Shown: positions 32,898 through 42,842 of the stretch, piece after piece
How positions within the stretch are numbered: position 1 is the first letter of the stretch
Layout: every line of letters starts with the position of its first letter
NCBI GenBank assembly: GCA_963700285.1
Contig: CAVOXA010000010.1
Location: 1,984,001-2,048,000 of the forward strand
From: an uncultured Chloroflexia bacterium
GTDB lineage: Bacteria; Chloroflexota; Anaerolineae; JAAYZQ01
DNA length: 64,000 nucleotides
Direction of reading: 5' to 3'
Translations under genes and position numbers: made by a program
Notes under the pieces: model-generated
Databases searched by the model: none
Told to the model about the DNA's origin: nothing
Seen by the model: the letters and a program-made list of their open reading frames with translations, nothing else

Positions 32898-33884
32898 TCA
32901 GGAGAAAGGTGACTCTTGTATCATCTGCTCCATAATCTGTTGCTTGGCCTGCTCCAACATGCGTTGGGCGTGACCATCCCGCACCAACTCAAAGTCGTCC
33001 TGGTACTTGAGCAACATCCCCAGCGTATCCTCCACCAGTGGAAGCTGCAGATCCTTTGCATCAAGGGCCACCAACGCCTCGGCCCAATCAAGGGTCTCGG
33101 CTACGCCAGGCAGCTTGTAGAGATCCAGCTCGCGCAGTTCCTGAACAAAGTGTACCAATTGGTGGGCCATAAGCTGCGGAGCGTGTGGCACCTTGAGGGT
33201 GACGATGCTGTGCTCCTTCTCCAACGAGGGGAAATCAATCCAGTGGTAGATACAGCGGCGCTTTAGCGCGTCGTGGATCTCTCGGGTGCGGTTGGAGGTG
33301 ATGACCACCACCGGCGGCTCGGCGGCCCGGATCGTGCCGACTTCGGGGATGGTAATCTGAAAGTCACTCAGAAGCTCGAGCAGAAACGCCTCAAACTCTT
33401 CGTCAGCGCGATCCAGTTCATCAATCAGCAGCACGGGAGCGACGCCGCTTTCGGTCAACTCGATAGCTCGCAGCAGTGGCCGCTTGATCAGGTACTCTTC
33501 CCCAAAAAGGTCCCGCTCGGTCTGCTCATCGATGTCGCAGCTCTGAGCCTCCAGCATGCGAATGTGAAGCAACTGCCGCGTGTAGTTCCATTCGTAGATG
33601 GTGCTGTTCACATCCAGTCCCTCGTAGCATTGGAGCCGGATGAGGGGGGCCTTCAGTACCTCAGAAAGGGTTTTGGCCACCTGGGTTTTGCCCACCCCCG
33701 CCTCGCCTTCCAGCAAGAGTGGTTTGCGCAGCTTTAGCGTCAAATAGAGCACCGTGGCCAACACTCGGTCAGTTACGTAGGCGTGCTCAAATAGGGTACG
33801 TTCAAGTTCATCAATACTCGGAAATGCTTGCGGATTCACAGTCACCTCAGACTCATCGGTCTCTTGCTTTGCAATCACGGCCAA
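32898..33884 (-). CDS. CoxD-like MoxR AAA+ ATPase
   Basis: GEAGVGKT, RLQCYEG, LLIDELDRAD, TSNRTREIHDALKRRC and PGVAET. Confidence 0.92.
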   Translation of the reverse strand: MAVIAKQETDESEVTVNPQAFPSIDELERTLFEHAYVTDRVLATVLYLTLKLRKPLLLEGEAGVGKTQVAKTLSEVLKAPLIRLQCYEGLDVNSTIYEWNYTRQLLHIRMLEAQSCDIDEQTERDLFGEEYLIKRPLLRAIELTESGVAPVLLIDELDRADEEFEAFLLELLSDFQITIPEVGTIRAAEPPVVVITSNRTREIHDALKRRCIYHWIDFPSLEKEHSIVTLKVPHAPQLMAHQLVHFVQELRELDLYKLPGVAETLDWAEALVALDAKDLQLPLVEDTLGMLLKYQDDFELVRDGHAQRMLEQAKQQIMEQMIQESPFS

Positions 33885-33996
33885 CTATACAACTATCCTA
33901 TCAAGCTCCGATTATACCTCAGGCTGCACCATTCGGCAACTTGGATGCGCCTGGGGTTTGTATCGCGAAAGTTTGTAGAACCTTCGTGCCTGGCAT

Positions 33997-34058
33997 TTGA
34001 CAAAACCTAACAAGCGAGTATAATAGCTCTGGCTATTCATAATGTGAATAACCAGAGC
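33997..34058 (+). promoter_or_regulatory. Promoter plus inverted repeat (candidate PadR operator)
   Basis: TTGACA 33997-34002, TATAAT 34019-34024; GCTCTGG-cTATTCA-taatg-TGAATA-a-CCAGAGC at 34026-34058. Confidence 0.65.
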
Positions 34059-34069
34059 CTGAACTCAGG

Positions 34070-34648
34070 ATGGGAGCTATGCCGCGCGCAACAACGGTCT
34101 CTCCGCAACCGGCCCTGCTGGGTTTGTTGATGACTGAGCCCAAGCATGGCTATGAACTGCATCAAGAATTCAACCACAACCTGGGGCGGGTTTGGGAGAT
34201 CGGGCTGAGCCAGCTCTATGCCCAGCTCAAACAGCTAGAGGAGTCTGGGTTGCTCACAGCCCAGACCGAGTCCCAGGTCAACCGCCCACCGCGCAAGGTC
34301 TACCATCTGACCTCAGAAGGCCGGAATGCGTTCTTGGACTGGGTTCGCCGGCCTACCCCGTACCTGCGCCATATCCGGGTAGAGTTTCTGGCCCGGTTGT
34401 ACTTTTACCAAAAATTATCCTTGCCTGGTCTTGAGCAACTGGTTGCCGAGCAAAAGACAGTCTGCCAGGCCCAGGCTGAACGCTTTGAATCGCTTGCGGC
34501 TGAAACCGACGATCAATACCGACGCCTGGTGCTCGAGTTCCGTCGAGGGCAGCTTGAGGCCGTCATCCAGTGGCTGGATCGCTGTCTGGAGATCTTGTGT
34601 GGACAAGGCAACCTTTCTCCGAATAAAATCAAGGAGTCAAAAGCATGA
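34070..34648 (+). CDS. PadR-family regulator
   Basis: LLGLL...HGYEL, SQLYAQLKQLE and RKVYHLTSEGR. Confidence 0.9.
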   Translation: MGAMPRATTVSPQPALLGLLMTEPKHGYELHQEFNHNLGRVWEIGLSQLYAQLKQLEESGLLTAQTESQVNRPPRKVYHLTSEGRNAFLDWVRRPTPYLRHIRVEFLARLYFYQKLSLPGLEQLVAEQKTVCQAQAERFESLAAETDDQYRRLVLEFRRGQLEAVIQWLDRCLEILCGQGNLSPNKIKESKA

Positions 34649-35771
34649 GATGTCGAAGGCTTTGTACTATGGTCAGCGCCGTGGTATTGGCAGGATTGCT
34701 CCTGGGAGCGTGCAGTAGTAGCCCCACCGAGAATGTCCAGGATTCATCCCCGGCGGTGCAGGTCAAAGATGGCGGTGGCTTGACCCTCGTCGACGCGATG
34801 GGCCGGAGCGTCGAGTTTTCCGAGTTGCCGCAGCGCGTCGTCGTCGCCGGCAAAAGCAGCCTGACCATTGTGAATACGCTTTTCCTCTTCCCCGAGGCCA
34901 AGGATCGTGTGGTCGGCCTGGTGGTTGGCAATCAAAACCCAGGCGACTTTCTTGGCTTTGTCGACCCAACCTTTGATCAGAAGACGATTCTGGAGGTCGA
35001 AGCAGGCCCGGAGCAGATTGTCCCGCTGGAGCCCGACGTGGTCATCCTGCGCAGTTTCATGGCCGACAAGCTGGGCAAACCGCTGGAGCAGCTAGACATC
35101 CCGGTGGTCTATGTGGATCTCGAGACGCCAGAGCAGTACTTCCGCGACCTGGCCACCCTGGGCCAGGTGCTTGGCAACGAGGCGCGGGCTGAGGAGATCA
35201 GGGCTTATTACCAGGCGAAACTGGACCTGGTCAACAAGAATCTAGAGGGCCTGACCGGCGAGCAGAAGCCCGAGGTTTTGCTTTTGCAGTACAGTGACCA
35301 GGGGGGTGAGGTTGCCTTCAACGTGCCCTCGGCTTCCTGGATCCAGACGATCGAGGCCGAGTTGGCTGGGGGCCAGCCACTTTGGAAGGATGCAGCCCAG
35401 AGTGGTGGCTGGACGGTGGTCAACTTGGAGCAGATCGCTGCCTGGGACCCCGACCAGGTGTTTGTCATTGACTACAAAGGCGATTCTGCCGAGATAGTGG
35501 ACCAGCTCAAAGCCGATCCCCAGTGGCAATCGCTTGGGGCCACAGAGGCGGGTGAAATCTATGGTTTCGCCTCCGATATCTTTAGCTGGGACCAGCCCGA
35601 TCCACGCTGGATTCTGGGTACATCTGGCTGGCTGGCAAGGTCCATCCTGATCGTTTCGCTGATCTGAACATGCAGCAGCAAGTCATCGAGTTTTTTGAGC
35701 AGATGTATGGAATGCCCAGGGCCTCCGTAGAGGAAAATATCCTACCCAGCCTCAAGGGGGACGTTGAGTGA
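34645..35771 (+). CDS. ABC substrate-binding lipoprotein (BtuF/FepB/MolA class), frameshift near 35620
   Basis: Lipobox LLGAC, DAMGRSV...PQRVV, LEPDVVI, EQIAAWDPD and WDQP. Confidence 0.85.
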
Positions 35772-36814
35772 CCGCAGCCCAGCGCGCCGCCGCTATTGGC
35801 GGCCAATCCAGGGCAGGGTGGCGTGCTGCCTTGTACAGGCGGCCGATGCTGATCTTGGGCTTGCTCTTTTTGCTGGTCCTGCTCCTGTCCCTGTTTGTTG
35901 GCCGCTACCCGGCCCCCTACTGGATGTCTCCTGCGACGCTGTGGGAGGACGACATGGCCCGGCAGTTGGTGCTACAGCTACGGCTGCCCCGGGTTCTGAC
36001 CGCTTGCCTGTTGGGTATGACCCTCGCGGCCTGTGGTACGGTGCTGCAGATGATCTTTCGCAACCCACTGGTCGCTCCCGGTCTCCTGGGCGTGTCGCAG
36101 GGTGCAGCCTTTGGGGCTGCTGTCAGCATCATCTTCCTGGGGGCTTCTCGCCTGCTGAGGCAGGGCGTCGCCGCGCTTTTTGCCTGTCCTGGGCCTGGCC
36201 CTCTCTTACTTTTTGGCCCGGCGCGTCCGCTATGGCGGCTGGATCCTGCGCCTGATGCTGTCGGGCATCGCTGTCTCGGCCCTGTTTTCGTCGGGTGTGG
36301 GCATGCTCAAGTACCTGGCCGATCCATTGACCGAACTGCCCGACCTGGTTTTTTGGATGCTGGGCGGGCTGTGGGGCGTCACCTGGATTGACTTTCTGTA
36401 CCTTCTTCTCCCGGTCATCGCCGGTTTGATCATCGTCTATCTGATGCGCTGGCGATTGAACCTGCTCTCTCTGGACGACGACACCGGCTTTTCGCTGGGT
36501 GCCTCGCCGGGACGGAGCGTACGCTGGTACTGGTCGCTGCCGTGGTTGCCACCGCGGCGGTGGTTTCGGTTGCCGGCGTGGTGGGCTGGATCGGCTTGCT
36601 CATCCCCCACGTGGCCCGCCGCCTGACGGGCGCCGACGCGCAGCGCTCGCTGCCGGCTTCCATCCTGCTCGGTGGCATCTTTGCTCTGGTATGCGACGAT
36701 CTGGCCCGTACGCTGCTGCCCGGCGAGATCCCTTTGGGCATCCTGACCTCCTTCTTTGGGGCGATCCTGTTCATGGCCATGATGCTGAGCAAGAACATCC
36801 GGGTACAGCGATGA
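35768..36814 (+). CDS. FecCD/BtuC-family ABC permease, frameshifted
   Basis: LRLPR, FRNPLV, WMLGG, GWIGLLIPH and EIPLGILT. Confidence 0.88.
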
Positions 36815-37632
36815 GCAACCACGCGGATGACCAGACAGGATTGCACCGACCACCGCGGTCTGAGGACATGATCTCTGTTTCAGAGCTGTCCTTCAGCTAC
36901 AATGGCGCCAAGCGTACGATCCTCCACGACCTGTCCCTGGAGATTCCCGAGGCTACGATCACGGCCATCCTGGGGCCGAACGGTTCGGGAAAGACGACGC
37001 TGCTGCGGTTGCTCTTGGGCGTGCTCCGGCCTCAGCAGGGCAGAATCCTGCTGGCAGGGCAGCCCCAGGGCAGCTACTCTCGCCGCGAGATGGGCAAACT
37101 GGTCGGTCTGGTGCCCCAGGATGAGCACATCCCCTTCGATTTTTCCGTGCTAGAGTACGTGCTGCTGGGCCGGGCGCCTTACCTGGGCACCCTAGCCATG
37201 CCGGGCGAGGATGACTATCAAGCAGCCCTCGACGCCCTGCACACCACGGGGCTGTCCGGTATGGTCGCTCGCCCGCTGCCCAACCTGAGCGGCGGCGAGC
37301 GGCAATTGGCCGTCGTGGCCCGCGCCCTGGCCCAACAGCCGCGAATCCTCCTGATGGACGAGCCCACTGCCCACCTGGACCTGAGCAACCAGGGCCGGCT
37401 GTTGGCCATCATGCGTGACCTCGTCGCCCAGGGAATCACCCTGGTGCTGACCACCCACGATCCCAACCTGGCCGCCTCGGTGGCCGGCTATGCGGTTCTG
37501 ATGCGCGATGGCCAGGTTCTGGATGCGGGTCCGCCGGAAGCGACACTAACAGCCCGGAAGCTGTCCGCGACCTACGATGTGCCTGTGCAGGTCTTCCAAG
37601 TTGACGGAAGACGCATCATTCTGTTATCATGA
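36811..37632 (+). CDS. ABC transporter ATPase
   Basis: GPNGSGKT, LSGGERQ, MDEPT and THDPN. Confidence 0.92.
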   Translation: MSNHADDQTGLHRPPRSEDMISVSELSFSYNGAKRTILHDLSLEIPEATITAILGPNGSGKTTLLRLLLGVLRPQQGRILLAGQPQGSYSRREMGKLVGLVPQDEHIPFDFSVLEYVLLGRAPYLGTLAMPGEDDYQAALDALHTTGLSGMVARPLPNLSGGERQLAVVARALAQQPRILLMDEPTAHLDLSNQGRLLAIMRDLVAQGITLVLTTHDPNLAASVAGYAVLMRDGQVLDAGPPEATLTARKLSATYDVPVQVFQVDGRRIILLS

Positions 37633-37696
37633 CGCCTGCTTATTAGACCATGATTTGCCCACGATGAGGGCCCATGAGACTGGAGAAGCGTACGCG

Positions 37697-38707
37697 ATGA
37701 GACTGGAAAAACGAACGATCTCTGACGCCGAGGGAACCATCTTGATGCACAATATCGCCGCTGCCGATGGCAAGCGCACGCTGAAGAAAGGCATCCGGCT
37801 TGACAAAGAGGATCTGGCACAGCTGGCCGAAAGCGGGCGTCCATCGGTCGACGTCGCCGTTCTGGAGGAGGACGACGTTCACGAGGACGATGCCGCGGCG
37901 GCGCTGGCCGAAGCGATGCAGACGGAAGAGCTGTACCTCTCCCGACCATTCGGGGGACGGATCAACCTCCGTACCACGGTGGACGGCATTCTGGAGGTAG
38001 ACGCCGGCCGGCTGCTGGAAGTGAACATGCTGGCTGGCTTTGCGCTAGCAACACGCCGCCAGCACACGGTCGTCGGTCCTAGTCAGGATACGGACAATGT
38101 CGGCACCCTCAAGATCGTGCCTTACGCCGTGCGGCGTTCTGACCTGGAGCATGCCCTGGAACTGGCTGGGGCCCGGCCGGGCATTGTCGAGGTGCGCCCT
38201 TTCCAGCAGGGACGGCGGGTGGCCATGCTCTTCGTCGCCGAGCCATCGGCCCAGGACAAAACCCGCGACGAGTACCTGCCGCCGACCCAGACCCGCCTGG
38301 CGCGTTTAGGAGCCGAGGTGGTCGCCACCGAGATGGTAGACCAGGACGATGCTTCCATCGCAGATGCGGCCGCGAGGCTGGCAGCCAGTTCGGACCTGCT
38401 CATCATCGCCGGGCAGACCTCGATCATCCACGAGGATGATACGACGCTGCGCGCCCTGCGCCAAGCTGGGGCCGAGAGCACGCTCTCTGGCGCGCCGGTG
38501 GAGCCGGGCAACCTGCTGGCCCTGGCCTATTTTCCTGATACGCCGGTGCTCTGTGCGCCTGGCTGCGCCAAGGGTTTGAAACGAAACGTCGTCGACCTGG
38601 TGCTGCCCCGCCTGCTGCTGGGCGACAGGCTGGATCGCCGGGACATTGCCGCCCTGGGACTGGGTGGCTTTCTGACGGCAGCCGAGAGATCTGGGGACAT
38701 CACCTGA
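37697..38707 (+). CDS. Molybdopterin-binding (MoeA/MogA-like) domain protein
   Basis: AEGTILMH, LKKG, DVHEDDAA, GAPVEPGNLL, PGCAK, and the C-terminal VLPRLL...LGLGG signature. Confidence 0.75.
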   Translation: MRLEKRTISDAEGTILMHNIAAADGKRTLKKGIRLDKEDLAQLAESGRPSVDVAVLEEDDVHEDDAAAALAEAMQTEELYLSRPFGGRINLRTTVDGILEVDAGRLLEVNMLAGFALATRRQHTVVGPSQDTDNVGTLKIVPYAVRRSDLEHALELAGARPGIVEVRPFQQGRRVAMLFVAEPSAQDKTRDEYLPPTQTRLARLGAEVVATEMVDQDDASIADAAARLAASSDLLIIAGQTSIIHEDDTTLRALRQAGAESTLSGAPVEPGNLLALAYFPDTPVLCAPGCAKGLKRNVVDLVLPRLLLGDRLDRRDIAALGLGGFLTAAERSGDIT

Positions 38708-38719
38708 TACGTGGAACCC

Positions 38720-39268
38720 AATCCTGTCCACAAGTTTTTTCCGATCCAACCCAGTACCAACCCAGAGCACGACCCGTTCGTAGTAGGTGCTTCAGCGCCG
38801 TGCAGTAAGCTAAAACGCACTGAGCCAGCCACAATCCGGCCAGCGACCTTTTCCGACTCAACGCAGTATCTACCCAGAGCACGACCCGTTCGTAGTAGGC
38901 GCTTCAGCGCCGTGCAGTAAGCTAAAACGCACTGAGCCAGCCACAATCCGGCCAGCGACCTTTTCCGACTCAACGCAGTATCTACCCAGAGCACGACCCG
39001 TTCGTAGTAGGCGCTTCAGCGCCGTGCAGTAAGCCAAAACGCACTGAGCCAGCCACAATCCGGCCAGCGACCTTTTCCGACTCAACGCAGTATCTACCCA
39101 GAGCACGACCCGTTCGTAGTAGGCGCTTCAGCGCCGTGCAGTAAGCTAAAACGCACTGAGCCAGCCACAATCCGGCCAGCGACCTTTTCCGGCTCACTGC
39201 AGTATCTACCCAGAGCACGACCCGTTCGTAGTAGGCGCTTCAGCGCCGTGCAGTAAGCCAAAACGCAC
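38720..39268. repeat. Tandem array of a 112-bp unit (~4.5 near-identical copies plus a degenerate 5' part), each with a GTAG-GGCGCT-TC-AGCGCC hairpin
   Basis: Units start (CCCAGAGCACGACCCG) at 38761, 38873, 38985, 39097 and 39209; the ORF track shows repeated peptides. Confidence 0.95.
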
Positions 39269-39294
39269 CGAAGCACGGCCTGGCAGGAGAAAGC

Positions 39295-40038
39295 ATGAAG
39301 TCCATCGATACATTGTTGAATAGCCTAGAGTCCGACGCCCCCGTCCGCCAGATCCTGGTTGGCGCCTTCTGGACCGCGGTCGTGCTGGATACAGAGCCTG
39401 CTCGCTGTGGCTTGGCTTCAACACTGCGGGCTGAGGACGGCGGACCCTGGCCACCGGTAACCGAGCCGGGGCGCCTACAGCAGCGAAGCGCGCGGCAGCT
39501 TGCCGAGCTGCTCCGTTCCGAGCGCATCCTGGAAGCCAGCATCGGGATGGCAGCCTTCAATGCCCTGCTGAAAGTTGACGAGTCTGCCCTGACCGAAATC
39601 AACGCCGACGAGATCATTCTGGAACGGGGAGCCGGGCGCCGTGTGGCCATTGTGGGACATTTCCCCTTCATCGAGCGGGTACGGGCCGAAGCAGCCGAGT
39701 GCTGGGTGCTGGAACGCCAGCCTGGCGCCGGAGACTTGCCCGCCGAGCAGGCCGCCGAGGTGTTGCCCCAGGCCGACGTCGTTGCCCTGACCGGTACCTC
39801 CCTGATTAACCACACCTTCGAAGAGCTGATGGCCCTTTGTCGTTCGGACGCCTTTGTCCTCTTGCTCGGTCCCAGTGCCCCCCTCACGGCCAAGCTCTTT
39901 GAGATTGGCGTGAACGCAATCAGTGGCACGCGGGTATACGACCCTGAACTCGTACTGTACTCGCTTTCGCAAGGGGCCACGTTCCGCCAGATAAAGCGTG
40001 GCGGTGGTTTGCGCCTGCTCACGTGGGTCAAGTCGTGA
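39295..40038 (+). CDS. DUF364 (Rossmann-like, putative metal/pterin-binding) protein
   Basis: GAFWTAV, CGLAST, EASIGMAAFNAL, VAIVGHFPF, TGTSLINHT and LGPSAP. Confidence 0.8.
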   Translation: MKSIDTLLNSLESDAPVRQILVGAFWTAVVLDTEPARCGLASTLRAEDGGPWPPVTEPGRLQQRSARQLAELLRSERILEASIGMAAFNALLKVDESALTEINADEIILERGAGRRVAIVGHFPFIERVRAEAAECWVLERQPGAGDLPAEQAAEVLPQADVVALTGTSLINHTFEELMALCRSDAFVLLLGPSAPLTAKLFEIGVNAISGTRVYDPELVLYSLSQGATFRQIKRGGGLRLLTWVKS

Positions 40039-40072
40039 AAGTGAGTTTGTGATTGGAGGATAAGAAAGCACG

Positions 40073-41191
40073 ATGCTAGATCTTTTGCCACAGATCCAGG
40101 ATTGGTTCGCCGCTGGGGAAAAAGTGGCCGTGGCCACGGTCATCCGTGTGGCCGGCTCGGCGCCGCGACCGGTAGGCGCGCGGATGATCGTTTCCTCTGC
40201 AGGCCGCATGGCCGGCTCGGTAAGCGGCGGTTGCGTGGAGACGACCGTTTACGAGGAGATGATGGACGTTTTGGACGGTGGCCCAGCCGCGCAAGCTGCA
40301 CTTTGGCATCACCGAGGACATGATCTGGGACGTGGGCCTGGCTTGCGGCGGGACCATCGACGTATTTGTCCAGGAACTCGATCCGGTGCTGGTCGACCAT
40401 CCTGGTAGATCACGTGGAGCAGGGGATGCCAGTGACGCTGGCCGTAGCGGTCGTCGGGGGAATCGGCGACCGGAGACTCGGTACTCGTTACCCGCAAGGG
40501 ACCGGTGCAGGGGCAAGCAGACAAACGAGTCGTCGAGGTCGCCCAGGAGATGCTGGCATGTCGCGCGCGGAGATAGGCGCCATCCACGAGATCGAGCCAG
40601 GCGCGGAGGTCTTTGTCGAGCCGTTCCTGCCGCCGCCGGTGCTGGTCATCGTCGGCGGAGTGCACGTGGCAATCCCGCTGACCCGCTTTGCCAAGGAGCT
40701 GGGCTTTTACGTGATTGTCGTCGATCCCAGGGCCAAGTTCGCCAGCCGCGAGCGATTCCCCGAGGCCGACGAGGTGCTGCTGGAATGGCCGGACGAGGCG
40801 TTGGCCCATCTGGAGGTCGACAAGGCGACTTACATCGTGCTCCTGACCCACGATCCCAAGATCGACGAGCCGACGCTGGCCGCCGCGCTCCAGACCGAGG
40901 CGGCCTACATCGGCGCCATCGGCAGCCGGGGCACCCACGCCGCGCGCTTTGAGCGCATGGCGGAATGGGACGTCACGCCGCGAGCAGCTGGCACGGGTCT
41001 ATGCCCCCATCGGCCTGGACCTGGGCGGGCGCACTCCGGAAGAGACGGCGCTGAGCATCATCGCCGAGGTGGTGGCCGTCAAGAACGGACGCAGCGGCGT
41101 CTCGCTGCGGGACAGCCGCGGCCCAATCGGCCAAGCGCCTCAATCGTGCGCGGAAAGCGAGGCGGTACGCACCTCGGAGGATGGCTCGTGA
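40073..41191 (+). CDS. xdhC: XdhC/CoxF Moco-insertion accessory protein, frameshifted
   Basis: GSAPRPVGA, GSVSGGCVE, GLACGG, LTHDPKID, YIGAIGSR and PIGLDLGGRTPEETALSI. Confidence 0.9.
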
Positions 41192-41577
41192 GCGAGATGT
41201 ACACCGACCGCCTGCTCGACCACTACCGCAATCCGCGCAACAAGGGGCGCCTGGAGTCGCCCGATCTGGCCGCGGAAGAGTACAATCCGCTGTGCGGCGA
41301 CCGGGTGACGGTCGAGGCCTCTGTGGAAGATGGGCGGATCGTCGAGGCGCGCTTTGACGGCCGGGGCTGCGCGCTTTGCCTGGGCGCGGCCTCGATCCTG
41401 ACCGAGGCGATCGAGGGCCGTACCCTCGACGAGTTGGATGGGTGGGGAAAAGACGAATTCCTGGCCGAACTCCAGTCAAGTCTGCGCCCCGCGCGGCTCA
41501 AGTGCGCGCTGCTGCCCTGGATGGCCTTTCGCCACGCGGCCTATGGCGAGACGGAGTGGCCGCTGCTGGATCGCTGA
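41188..41577 (+). CDS. SufU/IscU-like scaffold or sulfurtransferase
   Basis: LLDHYRNPRNKG, NPLCGD, GRGCAL and RLKCALL; no LPPVK motif; GTGA overlap with xdhC. Confidence 0.85.
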   Translation: MSEMYTDRLLDHYRNPRNKGRLESPDLAAEEYNPLCGDRVTVEASVEDGRIVEARFDGRGCALCLGAASILTEAIEGRTLDELDGWGKDEFLAELQSSLRPARLKCALLPWMAFRHAAYGETEWPLLDR

Positions 41578-41624
41578 TCTGCCGGCGGCCATGGATCCAG
41601 GGACTCGCTTTAGCCAGGCTGCGC

Positions 41625-42842
41625 TCAGGTTTCCATCAACTCCCGCATTGTGCGAGCCGCTGACTCTGCAAAGGACTCATCATTGATGTGGGCATCTACC
41701 CTGTGCAAGCGTATCTTTGGTGACAGTTCTGCTTCCAACGCATCAACCAGAGCCCTGTCGGCCTCAGGGTCATGGAAGGCGTGCCCTGGCCGGTCCGAAT
41801 AGCTGAACCCACCCTCCGGAATCAACACCGCTGCTGGCCCTCTGGCCTCGTTCAGACGTTGAGCCATCAGACGCCCAATCTGCGCCATCTCGCCTTTGGT
41901 CGTGCGAATCAGGGTGATATTGGGATTGTGAACAATGAGAGGGCGATGGCGCTGTTCCTGGCTCAGTGAGGACAGCGGGCCAAGGACGACATAGTCGGTG
42001 CCGCCAGGCGCAACCACCTGGGGGATCCCTTGCCGCCCGGCTGCCTTCAAACGATCGGGCCCGGCATCAAACAGCCCTCGACAGACGTGCCCGACCAGTT
42101 CTTGGGTACTGATGTCCAGGACGCCTCGGATCAGGCCCTCTTCGATCAATCGTTCCATTGAGCGCCCGCCCGTGCCGTTGGGGTGAAAGGCCACCAACTC
42201 GTAGCCCCAAGACTCCAATATCCCCTTGGCGTGCAGCACGCAGGGTGTGGTCAGTCCTAGCATCGTCGTCCCCAGAACCGTCTTGTCGTTGCTTTCGTCC
42301 GCCTCACCGGCCTCGACCATGGCGGTCACGGCCGCCGCGGCGTTGGCGAATACCTTTCGCGTGACGGCATTGTTGCCCAGGATGTCCGCCACCGAGTGCA
42401 TCAGCGTCACATCGGCGGTGCCAACGTAGGGCTCGAACACGTTTTGGCCGCTGGCGATGGTCGAGACCATGACTTTGGGCACGCCGATGGGCAACGCTTG
42501 CATCGCGGTCGTGCCGATGGCCGTACCCTGGCCGCCGCCTACGGCGATAACGCCGCCCAGTTTTCCCTCCGCGAAGAGTTGGATGACGATGGCTCGCGTG
42601 CCGTCGATCATGGTTTGGATGGCCTGCCCCTTGTCCCCGGCGGCAACCAGATCGGCCAGATCCGCTCCTCCCGCCCGAGCGACCACCTGGCGCGGGAAAT
42701 CCGCCTCGATGGCCGGCTGCCCCAGCAACCCGGGGTCCAGGACCCAGGTTTCATGGCCTCGAGCCTCGATCAGGTCCCGGATCCAGGCGACCTCGTGACC
42801 CTTGGTATCCAGTGTGCCAATGACGGCGATCGGTTTCAACAT
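41625..42842 (-). CDS. Tm-1-like ATP-binding (UPF0261) protein 3, intact
   Basis: GTLDTKGHE, GGGQGT, LPIGVPKVMVST, HSVADILG, FHPNGTGG and AHINDESF; own TTGACA-17-TATCAT promoter at about 42877-42905. Confidence 0.92.
   Translation of the reverse strand: MLKPIAVIGTLDTKGHEVAWIRDLIEARGHETWVLDPGLLGQPAIEADFPRQVVARAGGADLADLVAAGDKGQAIQTMIDGTRAIVIQLFAEGKLGGVIAVGGGQGTAIGTTAMQALPIGVPKVMVSTIASGQNVFEPYVGTADVTLMHSVADILGNNAVTRKVFANAAAAVTAMVEAGEADESNDKTVLGTTMLGLTTPCVLHAKGILESWGYELVAFHPNGTGGRSMERLIEEGLIRGVLDISTQELVGHVCRGLFDAGPDRLKAAGRQGIPQVVAPGGTDYVVLGPLSSLSQEQRHRPLIVHNPNITLIRTTKGEMAQIGRLMAQRLNEARGPAAVLIPEGGFSYSDRPGHAFHDPEADRALVDALEAELSPKIRLHRVDAHINDESFAESAARTMRELMET

Noticed and set aside
38720-39268. CRISPR array
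   Set aside because: The whole 112-bp unit repeats; there are no unique spacers and no cas genes.
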